Positions 23,155-32,578 of a stretch of 64,000 bases of DNA are shown here, piece after piece. The stretch is taken from NCBI GenBank assembly GCA_050173015.1, contig JBFXLE010000005.1, positions 96,001 through 160,000 on the forward strand, written 5' to 3'. Below the pieces are notes generated by a model. The model was not told the DNA's origin and did no database searches. It saw nothing but the letters and a program-made list of their open reading frames with translations. Each line of letters starts with the position of its first letter. The stretch's first letter is position 1. Source of the stretch: Calditrichaceae bacterium (GTDB lineage Bacteria > Calditrichota > Calditrichia > Calditrichales > JBFXGD01). The translations under genes and the position numbers were made by a program.

Positions 23155-24948
23155 ATGGATAGAAAATCAATTATAGCAATGGTCCTGATCGCGATCATCA
23201 TCGTAACCGTTCCCTATTATCAGAAACTTATTGTAGGTGATCAGCCTGTTGATGAAAAGAAAGAAATTTATCAGACTCAAAAACAGGATTCGGTTACATC
23301 AGTGCCCGTGGCGCAGGATGAAAAAATTGCGGAAAGAGAGACGCCGCCGGTTGAAACAAAGAAGGAACCGGGTGCCATATCTTATACCGATCTGACGATT
23401 GATCAGGATTCCGCTGAAAAAAAGATCGAGATCAATACCGACAAAATAAGAGTCATATTATCAAACCGCGGCGGCGGAAGTCTTGAAAAATTTGTTTTAA
23501 AAAAATACGCCAAGTTTGATACCACACTCGTTAATATGATTGACAATGAAATTCATAATGATTTATATCTCAGTTTTCAATCATTAAATGGTTCATATAT
23601 TGATGTAAAGGATTTGATTTTTTTTAGCAGTTCAGAGATAACAAAAAAAGATCTCCGGGAAGGAGAGTCTTTTAAAATCACTTACTCGCTGAAAATAAAT
23701 AATTCTGAACTGACAAAAACATACATATTCTATGATGATGTCTATCATTTCGATGTAAAAATAAACTTTATCAATCCTGATGAACTTCTTTTGAACAGAC
23801 AGTATGAATTTGGTTGGAAGAATGGATTGCCATCTACAGAATCCTATGAATCAGATGATTACAGTTATAATCAGGTTTACGCGTATATGGCTGAAGACCT
23901 TGAAAGTTATGATGTAACAGAAGCAGGTGAAAAAGAGAGAGTGACATTAACCGGAACTGCTGACTGGCTGGCTATTCGAACAAAATATTTTGTCACAAGC
24001 GTTTCAAATATTAACGCCGATGTTTCAAATGGAATATATTTTTCGGGTATTGGAATTCAAAAAGAAGATTTTGTTCAGCGGTTATATAACACCGGTTTTT
24101 TTATTCAGTATAAAAATGAAACAGGCGGGGATTCAATGCGGGTTTACATGGGCCCCCTGGATGATCATGAACTGAGTAAATATGATAATAATTTAGAAAT
24201 AATGATAATGAATAATGGCTGGTATGAAAGAATGTTCAGATGGATCAGTCTTTTAATACTGCCAATCCTTACGTTTTTATATTCTTTTATTCCGAATTAC
24301 GGTATAGTAATCATTATTTTTTCTATCCTTGTAAAGTTCGCTTTGCATCCGCTCACCAAAAAAAGTTATCAATCCATGAAAGAGATGCAAAAAATTCAGC
24401 CGATTATGGCCGAGTTAAAGGAAAAATACAAAAGCGATCCTCAGCGGATGAACAAGGAGACAATGAAGCTTTACAAAGAACATGGCGTAAATCCATTGGG
24501 CGGTTGTCTTCCTACATTGCTACAGATGCCGCTGTTAATCGCTTTATTCATTGTATTCCGTTCTACAATTCAGCTAAGAGGCGCCATGTTTATTCCGGGC
24601 TGGATTGAGGATCTTTCAAGGACAGATACTTTATTTCATTTACCCTTTTCGCTGCCGATGTACGGCAATGAATTTAACCTGTTGCCTATTCTTATGGCAG
24701 TCACCATGATCTTTCAATCAAAGATGACCATGACTGATCCGAAACAAAAGGCGATGGTTTATATAATGCCGGTATTTATGTTATTAATCTTTAATCGTTT
24801 CCCGGCAGGATTAAATCTCTATTACACCATGTTTAATCTGCTGACGATTATACAGCAAAAATTTATCAGTAAGGGAACAAGTCCGGCGAAGGCTCCCGTC
24901 AAAGTTTCTGTAAAAGAGAAAAAAGCAAACAAGAGCAAGAGGAGATAA
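23155..24948 (+). CDS. yidC: Membrane protein insertase YidC
   Basis: NYGIVII, GVNPLGGCLP.LLQMP, FPAGLNLYY. Confidence 0.96.
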   Translation: MDRKSIIAMVLIAIIIVTVPYYQKLIVGDQPVDEKKEIYQTQKQDSVTSVPVAQDEKIAERETPPVETKKEPGAISYTDLTIDQDSAEKKIEINTDKIRVILSNRGGGSLEKFVLKKYAKFDTTLVNMIDNEIHNDLYLSFQSLNGSYIDVKDLIFFSSSEITKKDLREGESFKITYSLKINNSELTKTYIFYDDVYHFDVKINFINPDELLLNRQYEFGWKNGLPSTESYESDDYSYNQVYAYMAEDLESYDVTEAGEKERVTLTGTADWLAIRTKYFVTSVSNINADVSNGIYFSGIGIQKEDFVQRLYNTGFFIQYKNETGGDSMRVYMGPLDDHELSKYDNNLEIMIMNNGWYERMFRWISLLILPILTFLYSFIPNYGIVIIIFSILVKFALHPLTKKSYQSMKEMQKIQPIMAELKEKYKSDPQRMNKETMKLYKEHGVNPLGGCLPTLLQMPLLIALFIVFRSTIQLRGAMFIPGWIEDLSRTDTLFHLPFSLPMYGNEFNLLPILMAVTMIFQSKMTMTDPKQKAMVYIMPVFMLLIFNRFPAGLNLYYTMFNLLTIIQQKFISKGTSPAKAPVKVSVKEKKANKSKRR

Positions 24949-24977
24949 AAGACGCCTCCGCAGAGAGGTGTCTTCGT

Positions 24978-26366
24978 ATGATAAGAGAAGAACAAAATGA
25001 CACCATTATTTCGCTGATCAGCTCATCCGCCGGAGGAAGCGTGGCGATTTTAAGGATCAGCGGAAATAACGCGGTGAGCATAACGGATAAATATTTTCCC
25101 GGCCACGACTTGATAAATTCACCCGGGGGAAGGTTTTATGTTGGTAATTTTCTTGCCGGGTCAAAAGAAATAATTGATCAGGTTGTTGTTTTAGTATATA
25201 AAAAACCCCACTCCTATACCGGCGAAGATGTGGTTGAAATAAATTGCCACGCGAATCCATTTATCATCCGGGAAATAATTGAAGAGTATCTTGCTGACAA
25301 TTGCAGAATGGCGGCTCCGGGAGAGTTTTCAAAAAGGGCTTTTCTGAACGGGAAAATGGATCTGGTTCAGGCCGAAGCTGTAGCCGATCTGATAAACGCT
25401 AAATCAAACGCGATTATTAAAAACTCTCTGCTTCAGCTTAGTGGCCAGCTATCGGGGATCATCCTTAAAATAAAAGATGATTTAATCAGAATTGCTTCAT
25501 TGCTTGAGCTGGATCTCGATTTCAGCGAAGAAGGTCTTGAAATCGTTACATCCGAACAAATACTTGAGATTGTCATCAATGCGGAAAGTAAAATTGATAC
25601 CCTCCTTGCAAGTTATAAAGTTGGCCATGTTCTGACAAAAGGAATCGATGTTCTTATAATAGGTAAACCAAACGTCGGAAAATCCAGCTTGATGAACGCT
25701 TTTCTTAACAAGGACCGGGTTATTGTTTCCAGTATTCCCGGCACTACACGCGACATCATACATGAAGATATTGTCATTAACAATACACTTGTTCGATTTA
25801 TTGATACCGCCGGCATCAGAATTACGGATGATTTTGTGGAGGCTGAAGGGGTTGCGAGAACCAACAAATTTATGGACCTGGCGGATGTGATTATTCTACT
25901 GGTGGATGCATCAGTAGATCTGACGGAAGATGATCTGCGATTAATTGATTCTGTGTCTGTAAAATATCCATCAAAACTGATTATCGCCGCAAACAAAATT
26001 GACAAAGGAATCGATACAAGCTGCGAAGAATATTTAAATCGATTTGAAGGAAACATACAGTACATTTCAGCTAAACTGTACCAGAATATTGATGTTTTAA
26101 AAAACAGTATCACTGAAAAAGTTTTTCTCCTTGAAAATCAAATCAGTGAAGAAGTTTTAATCACAAATGAACGGCAGTTTGAGTCGCTAAGAAAATGCAG
26201 GGCTGCCTTAAAGAACACAAATGATGGATTGATGAAGAGTGTAGGTAATGAATTTATTGCAGTGGATATGCGCGCTGCCGTTGAGCATCTCTCCGAAATA
26301 ACCGGTGAAATTTCCACGAATGATATTTTAAACAACATCTTTTCTCATTTTTGTATCGGCAAATAA
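24978..26366 (+). CDS. mnmE: tRNA modification GTPase MnmE
   Basis: SYTGEDVVE, GKPNVGKSS, GTTRD, DTAG, C-terminal FCIGK. Confidence 0.97.
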   Translation: MIREEQNDTIISLISSSAGGSVAILRISGNNAVSITDKYFPGHDLINSPGGRFYVGNFLAGSKEIIDQVVVLVYKKPHSYTGEDVVEINCHANPFIIREIIEEYLADNCRMAAPGEFSKRAFLNGKMDLVQAEAVADLINAKSNAIIKNSLLQLSGQLSGIILKIKDDLIRIASLLELDLDFSEEGLEIVTSEQILEIVINAESKIDTLLASYKVGHVLTKGIDVLIIGKPNVGKSSLMNAFLNKDRVIVSSIPGTTRDIIHEDIVINNTLVRFIDTAGIRITDDFVEAEGVARTNKFMDLADVIILLVDASVDLTEDDLRLIDSVSVKYPSKLIIAANKIDKGIDTSCEEYLNRFEGNIQYISAKLYQNIDVLKNSITEKVFLLENQISEEVLITNERQFESLRKCRAALKNTNDGLMKSVGNEFIAVDMRAAVEHLSEITGEISTNDILNNIFSHFCIGK

Positions 26367-26367
26367 A

Positions 26368-26383
26368 CGTTCCACGTGAAACA
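26368..26383. promoter_or_regulatory. parS site
   Basis: CGTTCCACGTGAAACA, a close match to the TGTTTCACGTGAAACA consensus; intergenic mnmE-mnmG. Confidence 0.85.
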
Positions 26384-26400
26384 ATTAAAACAGGTAATAC

Positions 26401-28272
26401 ATGAAACAGTTTGATGTCGCGGTAATCGGAGGCGGCCACGCGGGAATTGAGGCGGCCATCGTCTCGGCCAGGCTTGGATTAAAGACCGCGTTGATAACTC
26501 TGGATAAAAACAAAATCGGACTAATGTCCTGTAATCCGGCGATCGGCGGACTGGCAAAGGGTCAGTTGGTTCGTGAGATTGACGCGCTGGGCGGGGTGAT
26601 GGGAAAAATTACGGACGAGTCGGGCATACACTTTAAGATGCTCAACACATCAAAAGGACCCGCGGTTCAGTCACCCAGAGCTCAGGCAGACCGGATTTAC
26701 TATGCGAAAGTAGCGCAAAAATATATTGAAAACACTGAAAACCTGACAGTAATTCAGGATATGGCAACGGGCATAAATGTCAGGGGCGATAAAGTTGATT
26801 CGGTAACATTGAAAAAAAACGGAATCCTTCCGGTTCACGCGGCGGTATTGACCGCCGGCACTTTTTTGAATGGAATTATCCATATCGGGTTGAACCAGCT
26901 GGCGGCAGGGAGGTCGGGGGAGCTACCCGCAGTTGGTATAACGGAGTCGTTAAAATTACTTGGTTTTGAATCGGGTCGGTTAAAAACAGGAACACCACCG
27001 AGAATACATCGTGACAGTATCGATTATTCCAAAATCGAAGTTCAGCTTCCGGATGAATTTCCACAGCCGTTTTCGTTTTCAACCGAAGGTATTTCCCGAA
27101 AACAGATTAACTGTCACATCACATACACCAATCCATCCACCCATGATGAGCTGCGCCGGGGATTTGATTTTTCACCCATGTTTGGCGGCAGAATTCAGGG
27201 CGTTGGTCCGCGGTACTGCCCATCGATAGAAGATAAAATTAATCGATTTGCTGATCGGGAACGGCATCAGCTCTTTCTGGAGCCGGAAGGATACGAAAAT
27301 GATGAAGTGTATTTAAACGGATTCTCTACCAGTCTCCCGGCGGATGTACAAGAAAAAGCCATCCGCACAATCCGGGGACTTGAAAACGCAAAAATTATAA
27401 GACTGGGGTACGCCGTTGAATACGATTTTTTTTCACCCAATCAGTTACAGTTTACCCTGGAAACAAAAATGATAGGAAGCCTCTATTTTGCCGGACAGAT
27501 CAACGGAACATCCGGCTATGAAGAGGCGGCTGCTCAGGGATTTGTCGCGGGAATTAACGCGGCATTAAAATTAAAGGGCCTGGAGCCGTTTGTGTTAAAA
27601 CGGTCTGACGCGTATGTGGGCGTCCTGGTCGATGATTTGATTAATAAAATTCATGAAGAGCCTTATAGAATGTTTACATCGCGCGCGGAATTCAGATTAA
27701 TGTTGAGACATGATAATGCAGATCTGAGACTGATGGAAAAGGGAAGAGCGTTTGGCTTGATCGATGACGGGACGTATGAAAGATATCAAAAACGACAAAC
27801 TCAAATCGAGTATCTTCGCGATAAAGAGCTAAATAAAAAAATTATGCCGGAGACATTTAATTTATCATTTAAAAACATCAGTTCATCCATTTCTCAGGGA
27901 ATCGCTGTAAAGGACATTGTAAAGAGACCGGAGATTACGCTGAGTGAAATTTTAAATTTAGTTTCTGAGAAAAATTATGACCAGTCATCAATTAAAGAAG
28001 TTGAGTTTGGCGTTAAGTATGACGGCTATATTGATCGCCAGAACATGTTAATGGAGAAATTTAAAAAGATAGAGGACAAGAAAATCGCGGAAGATATAAA
28101 TTATGATTTAATCAAGTCACTTTCTACGGAAGCCCGCGAAAAATTGAATAAAATCCGACCGGTTAGTCTGGGGCAGGCATCACGAATATCCGGGGTCAGT
28201 CCCGCCGATCTATCCGTTCTGGTGATATATATTGAAAAATTTAGCATGAGCGGTGTTTCACGTGAAACATAA
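26401..28272 (+). CDS. mnmG: tRNA uridine-34 carboxymethylaminomethyl modification enzyme MnmG (GidA)
   Basis: GGGHAG, MSCNPAIGG, RLKTGTPPR, GPRYCPSIEDK, GQINGTSGYEEAAAQG. Confidence 0.98.
   Translation: MKQFDVAVIGGGHAGIEAAIVSARLGLKTALITLDKNKIGLMSCNPAIGGLAKGQLVREIDALGGVMGKITDESGIHFKMLNTSKGPAVQSPRAQADRIYYAKVAQKYIENTENLTVIQDMATGINVRGDKVDSVTLKKNGILPVHAAVLTAGTFLNGIIHIGLNQLAAGRSGELPAVGITESLKLLGFESGRLKTGTPPRIHRDSIDYSKIEVQLPDEFPQPFSFSTEGISRKQINCHITYTNPSTHDELRRGFDFSPMFGGRIQGVGPRYCPSIEDKINRFADRERHQLFLEPEGYENDEVYLNGFSTSLPADVQEKAIRTIRGLENAKIIRLGYAVEYDFFSPNQLQFTLETKMIGSLYFAGQINGTSGYEEAAAQGFVAGINAALKLKGLEPFVLKRSDAYVGVLVDDLINKIHEEPYRMFTSRAEFRLMLRHDNADLRLMEKGRAFGLIDDGTYERYQKRQTQIEYLRDKELNKKIMPETFNLSFKNISSSISQGIAVKDIVKRPEITLSEILNLVSEKNYDQSSIKEVEFGVKYDGYIDRQNMLMEKFKKIEDKKIAEDINYDLIKSLSTEAREKLNKIRPVSLGQASRISGVSPADLSVLVIYIEKFSMSGVSRET
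28254..28269. promoter_or_regulatory. parS site (perfect palindrome) inside the last codons of mnmG
   Basis: TGTTTCACGTGAAACA, translated as VSRET* in mnmG. Confidence 0.92.
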
Positions 28273-28273
28273 T

Positions 28274-28930
28274 ATGATGCTCCCGGATTTGATTTCATTT
28301 CTAAATGCGCAGGGGATTGTTCTTGATGAGCGGCAGATGTCCCAACTGCGCTTGTATTATGATGAGCTGGCGGGCTGGAGCAGGAAGATGAATCTGGTTT
28401 CAACCGGAGATATTCCGCACATCGTTGAACGGCATTTTCTACCCTCTTTTGCCTATGTCAATCAATTGGCCGGAGATAATATTGGCGCCGGATCCCGGAT
28501 ATTGGATCTGGGCACCGGTTCCGGTTTGCCCGGAATCATACTTTCAATATTTTTTAATGAGCACAGAATCACGTTGCTGGATTCGTCCAGAAAAAAAATA
28601 CTATTTTTAAAAAGTCTGATTAAAAAAATGGAGCTGTCTGCGGATGTTATACTTGGCCGGGCGGAGAGCGCAAGCGAATTGTTCGATGTTGTTGTAGCCA
28701 GGGCAGTAGCAGATATACCGACCTTGATTGATCTCTCTTTGCCGCTTTTGAATCGACCGGGATTTCTTTACACGATGAAAGGAGATGACTACCGGCAGGA
28801 GATAAAGGAGTCCTTGCCGGAAAACGTTTTTCTTACTGAAGTAGAAATTCCTGAAAGCTGGATACGGTTCTCGCCTTACCTTCAGAATAAACTTTTTATA
28901 AAGATTGAGTTCACTGATGTCAAAAGATAA
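28274..28930 (+). CDS. rsmG: 16S rRNA m7G527 methyltransferase RsmG (GidB)
   Basis: MNLVS, RHFL.S, LDLGTGSGLPG, VVARAV; start moved to ATG 28274 or 28277 because the upstream MFHVKH is only the parS sequence read in frame. Confidence 0.92.
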   Translation: MMLPDLISFLNAQGIVLDERQMSQLRLYYDELAGWSRKMNLVSTGDIPHIVERHFLPSFAYVNQLAGDNIGAGSRILDLGTGSGLPGIILSIFFNEHRITLLDSSRKKILFLKSLIKKMELSADVILGRAESASELFDVVVARAVADIPTLIDLSLPLLNRPGFLYTMKGDDYRQEIKESLPENVFLTEVEIPESWIRFSPYLQNKLFIKIEFTDVKR

Positions 28931-29849
28931 AGTCTTTGAGGATTTGTCGGATCTGATAACAGAAGAGCGAAATCCGCGATCTGTAAATATTGATTTGATG
29001 AGCACCGATGAAATCATACGATTGATTAATGATAAAGACAAAGCGGTGGCGGAAGCGGTGAGAATGGAATTACCGAATATTTCCCGCGCGGTCGATTTAA
29101 TTGTAAATGCCTTCCGGACGAAAGGCCGTTTAATTTATGTTGGAGCCGGGACATCGGGAAGACTTGGGATGTATGACGCCGCTGAGTGCCCTCCAACATT
29201 CGGCGTAGATCCTGAAATGGTGACGGCGGTTATCGCCGGAGGTAATGACGCGCTGGTGATGTCGATTGAAGGAGCGGAAGATGATGAAAAGGCGGGGCGG
29301 GAAGATTTAAGACGCGTGCTGCGATCGGATAAAGATGTGGTTTGTGGAATCGCCGCGAGTGCCAGAACGCCTTATGTGAAAGGTGCTCTTGATGAAGCCG
29401 CGGCTGCAGGCGCAAAAAGAATTTTCATCGTTTGTAATCCCATAAATAAAATGAAATTCGATTTTGATGTTGTCATTGGTCCGGTTACCGGTCCGGAAGT
29501 GATTACGGGATCCACAAGAATGAAAGCAGGGTTGGCTCAAAAGATGATTTTAAATATGCTTACAACGGCATCGATGATAAAAATGGGTAAGGTCTACGAA
29601 AATCTGATGGTGGACTTAAAACTGAATTCAAAAAAACTTACAGAACGAGCCAAAAAACTGATCATGACCGCGGCAGACGTTGATTATGAAAAAGCCGCTG
29701 AACTGCTTATCGCCTCAGGCGGGAATGTAAAAACAGCTATATTTATGGCCAAAACAGGGTGTTCGTTCGATGATGCCAGCAATTTTCTGTCCCAAGGTGA
29801 AGGTTTTCTTAGAAAGGTAATCCGGGAGTGGGAATCATCGCAAGCTTAA
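28917..29849 (+). CDS. murQ: N-acetylmuramic acid 6-phosphate etherase
   Basis: TEERNP, GAGTSGRLG, DAAECPPTFG, GPEVITGSTRMKAG. Confidence 0.95.
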   Translation: MSKDKVFEDLSDLITEERNPRSVNIDLMSTDEIIRLINDKDKAVAEAVRMELPNISRAVDLIVNAFRTKGRLIYVGAGTSGRLGMYDAAECPPTFGVDPEMVTAVIAGGNDALVMSIEGAEDDEKAGREDLRRVLRSDKDVVCGIAASARTPYVKGALDEAAAAGAKRIFIVCNPINKMKFDFDVVIGPVTGPEVITGSTRMKAGLAQKMILNMLTTASMIKMGKVYENLMVDLKLNSKKLTERAKKLIMTAADVDYEKAAELLIASGGNVKTAIFMAKTGCSFDDASNFLSQGEGFLRKVIREWESSQA

Positions 29850-31024
29850 ATCGCGCTTTGAATAGCCGGGTCATGAATAGACTCAAAGCTCAGATACTTT
29901 TCATACACCGGCTTGGTTAGGTTCATTTCCGGAAAACGATGATATAAACTCTCCGCGAACATGAAATCGAGATGATTGGTACTGGCCGGTGTGAAGTCCA
30001 TTACTTTTTTCCAGATTTCTTTATCTTCCATGCAAAAATAAACGAATACCTCCGGAGAGTAATTTCTAATTCGGCTATAAATTGATCTGAACATTTGGAG
30101 ACGAATCGGTTTAAAATAACGTGTCTTCTGGTCTTTGCCCGTTATCTGTTCACCTCGGATGATTGATGTTCCCGGGAACCGGTCTCTGATTGTCTCTTTG
30201 AGCGACGGAGGAAATCGCAATCCTCCTATGCTGATCCAGGCGATATTGGCTGGATTTATGGAATTGAAAAGCTGCTCAATAACATTCCCATAACCTGATT
30301 CCCACTCTTCATAAAAAATAACCGGATCAAAATGAAATCCCAGCTTGAAGCCCATTTTCTCCGCCAAAGCAGCCGATTCAAATCTTTCTTCAAGGCTGGC
30401 GGTTTTAAATTCTATATCCTTTATAACCTGATCAGGGTTTAATGACCATGATAGTACTAAGTTATTCGTTTTATTCCGGAAAGATTCCAAATGACGCACA
30501 TGATTTGTTTTTGATTTAAGTTCAAAAAAAATATTAGGTTTGGTGCTGAAATACGGAATCAGCAAAGAAGAAATTCCCGTATATTCCTCCAGAGCAAGGC
30601 TGTCGGCCAGTTCACCGGTTCCAATTCGAATAATACGTTCGGGAAACTTAGCCGTAAAGACATCGAATTCCTCTAATATCTTATGATAATTCGCATAAAC
30701 GGTAAGAACAGAGCTGCTCATGTAGCTCTGTAGAATACAGTAGGCGCAATCAAGTGGACATCCGGTTGTTTCATTGATAACCTGGTAATTGCAGCAAATA
30801 TAATCATGAGAAGTCCCGGGGCAGGGCTTACAAAAATTGCCTTTATAGGTTGTTATGTAAAGCAGTCGCTTGCCCTCGGTAATGGAAGATGATTCAAGTT
30901 GCTCCGGCGGCGCGTCAGAAATAGTAACAGGTGTATCCGGAAGCTTTGAGATAATATTCTTCGCAAAGGCGCTATCGAGAACGTCGCGATTAATATATAT
31001 GTGTGAGATTAATACCGGTCTCAT
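29846..31024 (-). CDS. Spore-photoproduct-lyase-like radical SAM protein
   Basis: CPGT...CC, CxxxCxxC (CPLDCAYC)ILQSY, GELADSL, ELKSKT, LSWSLNP, FHFDP, YFCME. Confidence 0.85.
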   Translation of the reverse strand: MRPVLISHIYINRDVLDSAFAKNIISKLPDTPVTISDAPPEQLESSSITEGKRLLYITTYKGNFCKPCPGTSHDYICCNYQVINETTGCPLDCAYCILQSYMSSSVLTVYANYHKILEEFDVFTAKFPERIIRIGTGELADSLALEEYTGISSLLIPYFSTKPNIFFELKSKTNHVRHLESFRNKTNNLVLSWSLNPDQVIKDIEFKTASLEERFESAALAEKMGFKLGFHFDPVIFYEEWESGYGNVIEQLFNSINPANIAWISIGGLRFPPSLKETIRDRFPGTSIIRGEQITGKDQKTRYFKPIRLQMFRSIYSRIRNYSPEVFVYFCMEDKEIWKKVMDFTPASTNHLDFMFAESLYHRFPEMNLTKPVYEKYLSFESIHDPAIQSAI

Positions 31025-31983
31025 AAGATATCGAGAAGCTCCTTCATTAACTTATGATTTTTATCTGTGTCAAGCTGGCTGAGAGATGTTCTAAAATCAT
31101 TCACATGTTTAATATTTATAATTAGTTGCACTCCCTCGGATTCAAAGGATTTATCAAATTTAATTTGAGCGCCGGACGGCAAATCTATTTCTTTGATTTT
31201 TTGTAGTGTCTTATCCCTGTGCTGAGATATAGTCGGATAGCGCAAGGAATAGAGGGCGTTTTTCAGGTGTTGGGTTTTTTGGCTTTTTGTTAAACGGTCA
31301 TTTGATAAAACCACCCGGACGGATTCATGGTTAAGAATCTTTTTGATGCCGGTGTTTTTATTCAGAGCGGACTCAAAAACCAGCTCGCTGATATTGATCA
31401 ATTCAACAAGACGTACAGATAACTGAAATCCAATATCAAAAATAGGAGATAATTCAGTTTCGGATTTATCCAAAAGCGGGCGCAGTTGTCTGTATGTCGC
31501 GTTATATTTGTTTATATACCTTAAAAAAGGTTCGGGCCAGAGCAGTATGCGATTGATTTTAGCCATTTGTGATTTGTCATGCGGAAGATTTAGTCGTTTC
31601 CGCCATGTGTCGAGTTCTGGCGGCGGAACAGAATTTTTAACCAAAAAATGATAAAGAGCGATTTTTTGATATATGTTTGGTTCTGAATCATAGATCAGCG
31701 AAAAAAGTCTGATTTTTGCGATATCGGAAGGATCTAGAGAAGAATCCAAAATAGTAACGGGAACAGACTTAAGAGAGAGCTCAGCGGCGATATCCAGTCT
31801 TTTGTAACCGTCGACAACATAAATTCTGCCCTTATTGTAAAAACAAATTAAAGGACTTAGTATTCCGAATTGTTCTATCGAAGAACGAAGATGGACTGAT
31901 TCCGGTGTTAGGTTAATATTAAAATCGGCCTCAATATAAATTTCATCCGGATTCAAATTTTTTGTTATATTTAAGTCTTTCAT
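31021..31983 (-). CDS. ParB/Srx N-terminal-domain protein
   Basis: SIEQFGILSPL...VVDGYKRL..A..L....VPV, ParB box I/II-like; stop overlaps the radical SAM start (ATGA). Confidence 0.75.
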   Translation of the reverse strand: MKDLNITKNLNPDEIYIEADFNINLTPESVHLRSSIEQFGILSPLICFYNKGRIYVVDGYKRLDIAAELSLKSVPVTILDSSLDPSDIAKIRLFSLIYDSEPNIYQKIALYHFLVKNSVPPPELDTWRKRLNLPHDKSQMAKINRILLWPEPFLRYINKYNATYRQLRPLLDKSETELSPIFDIGFQLSVRLVELINISELVFESALNKNTGIKKILNHESVRVVLSNDRLTKSQKTQHLKNALYSLRYPTISQHRDKTLQKIKEIDLPSGAQIKFDKSFESEGVQLIINIKHVNDFRTSLSQLDTDKNHKLMKELLDIL

Positions 31984-32154
31984 TTGCTCTACATTCTGAA
32001 TATTGGCAACATTAGTTTTATCGTTTCAGTCTTTATTCAATACACTCCGCAAAGATATTATTAAATTCACAATTATAAAAATTAAATAGAATAAAACAAA
32101 TAATTTTTGTATGTTTATTTATAGGTAGAAGTATAATTCCTGAAGGAGTTTTAT

Positions 32155-32502
32155 ATGAGACGATATATCAAATCCAGCTGGATTCAAACCAATGCTGAAT
32201 CTCTTGATCCAAAGCTCACTCAGCAGGTATTTAAGTCACAGAATATCATGGTGGTGCGCTATGTTTATGAACCGGGTCTGGAATTTCCGGAACATTCTCA
32301 TCCTCAGGAACAGGTAACCATCGTAAGCAGTGGTGAACTTCTTTTTGATATTGACGGAGAAAAGGTTAAAGTTAAGAAAGATGAAATCTGCGCAATTTCC
32401 CCCAATGTTCCACATAGCACAAAGGTGATAAGCGAAGAAGGAGCGCAGACCGTCAGCATCTTTACGCCAATTAAAGATAGAGTCATCATCGAACGAGAAT
32501 AA
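32155..32502 (+). CDS. Cupin domain protein
   Basis: PEHSHPQEQ and PNVPHS cupin motifs. Confidence 0.88.
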   Translation: MRRYIKSSWIQTNAESLDPKLTQQVFKSQNIMVVRYVYEPGLEFPEHSHPQEQVTIVSSGELLFDIDGEKVKVKKDEICAISPNVPHSTKVISEEGAQTVSIFTPIKDRVIIERE

Positions 32503-32578
32503 CTATTTCCACTTTATTCTATTAAATCTAAACCCTGGTTGAAACAGTATATGATAAATATTTAATTATAAAGGGTTT

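Noticed and set aside
28253-28273. MFHVKH N-terminal extension of RsmG
   Set aside because: It is the parS palindrome read in frame and overlaps the end of mnmG
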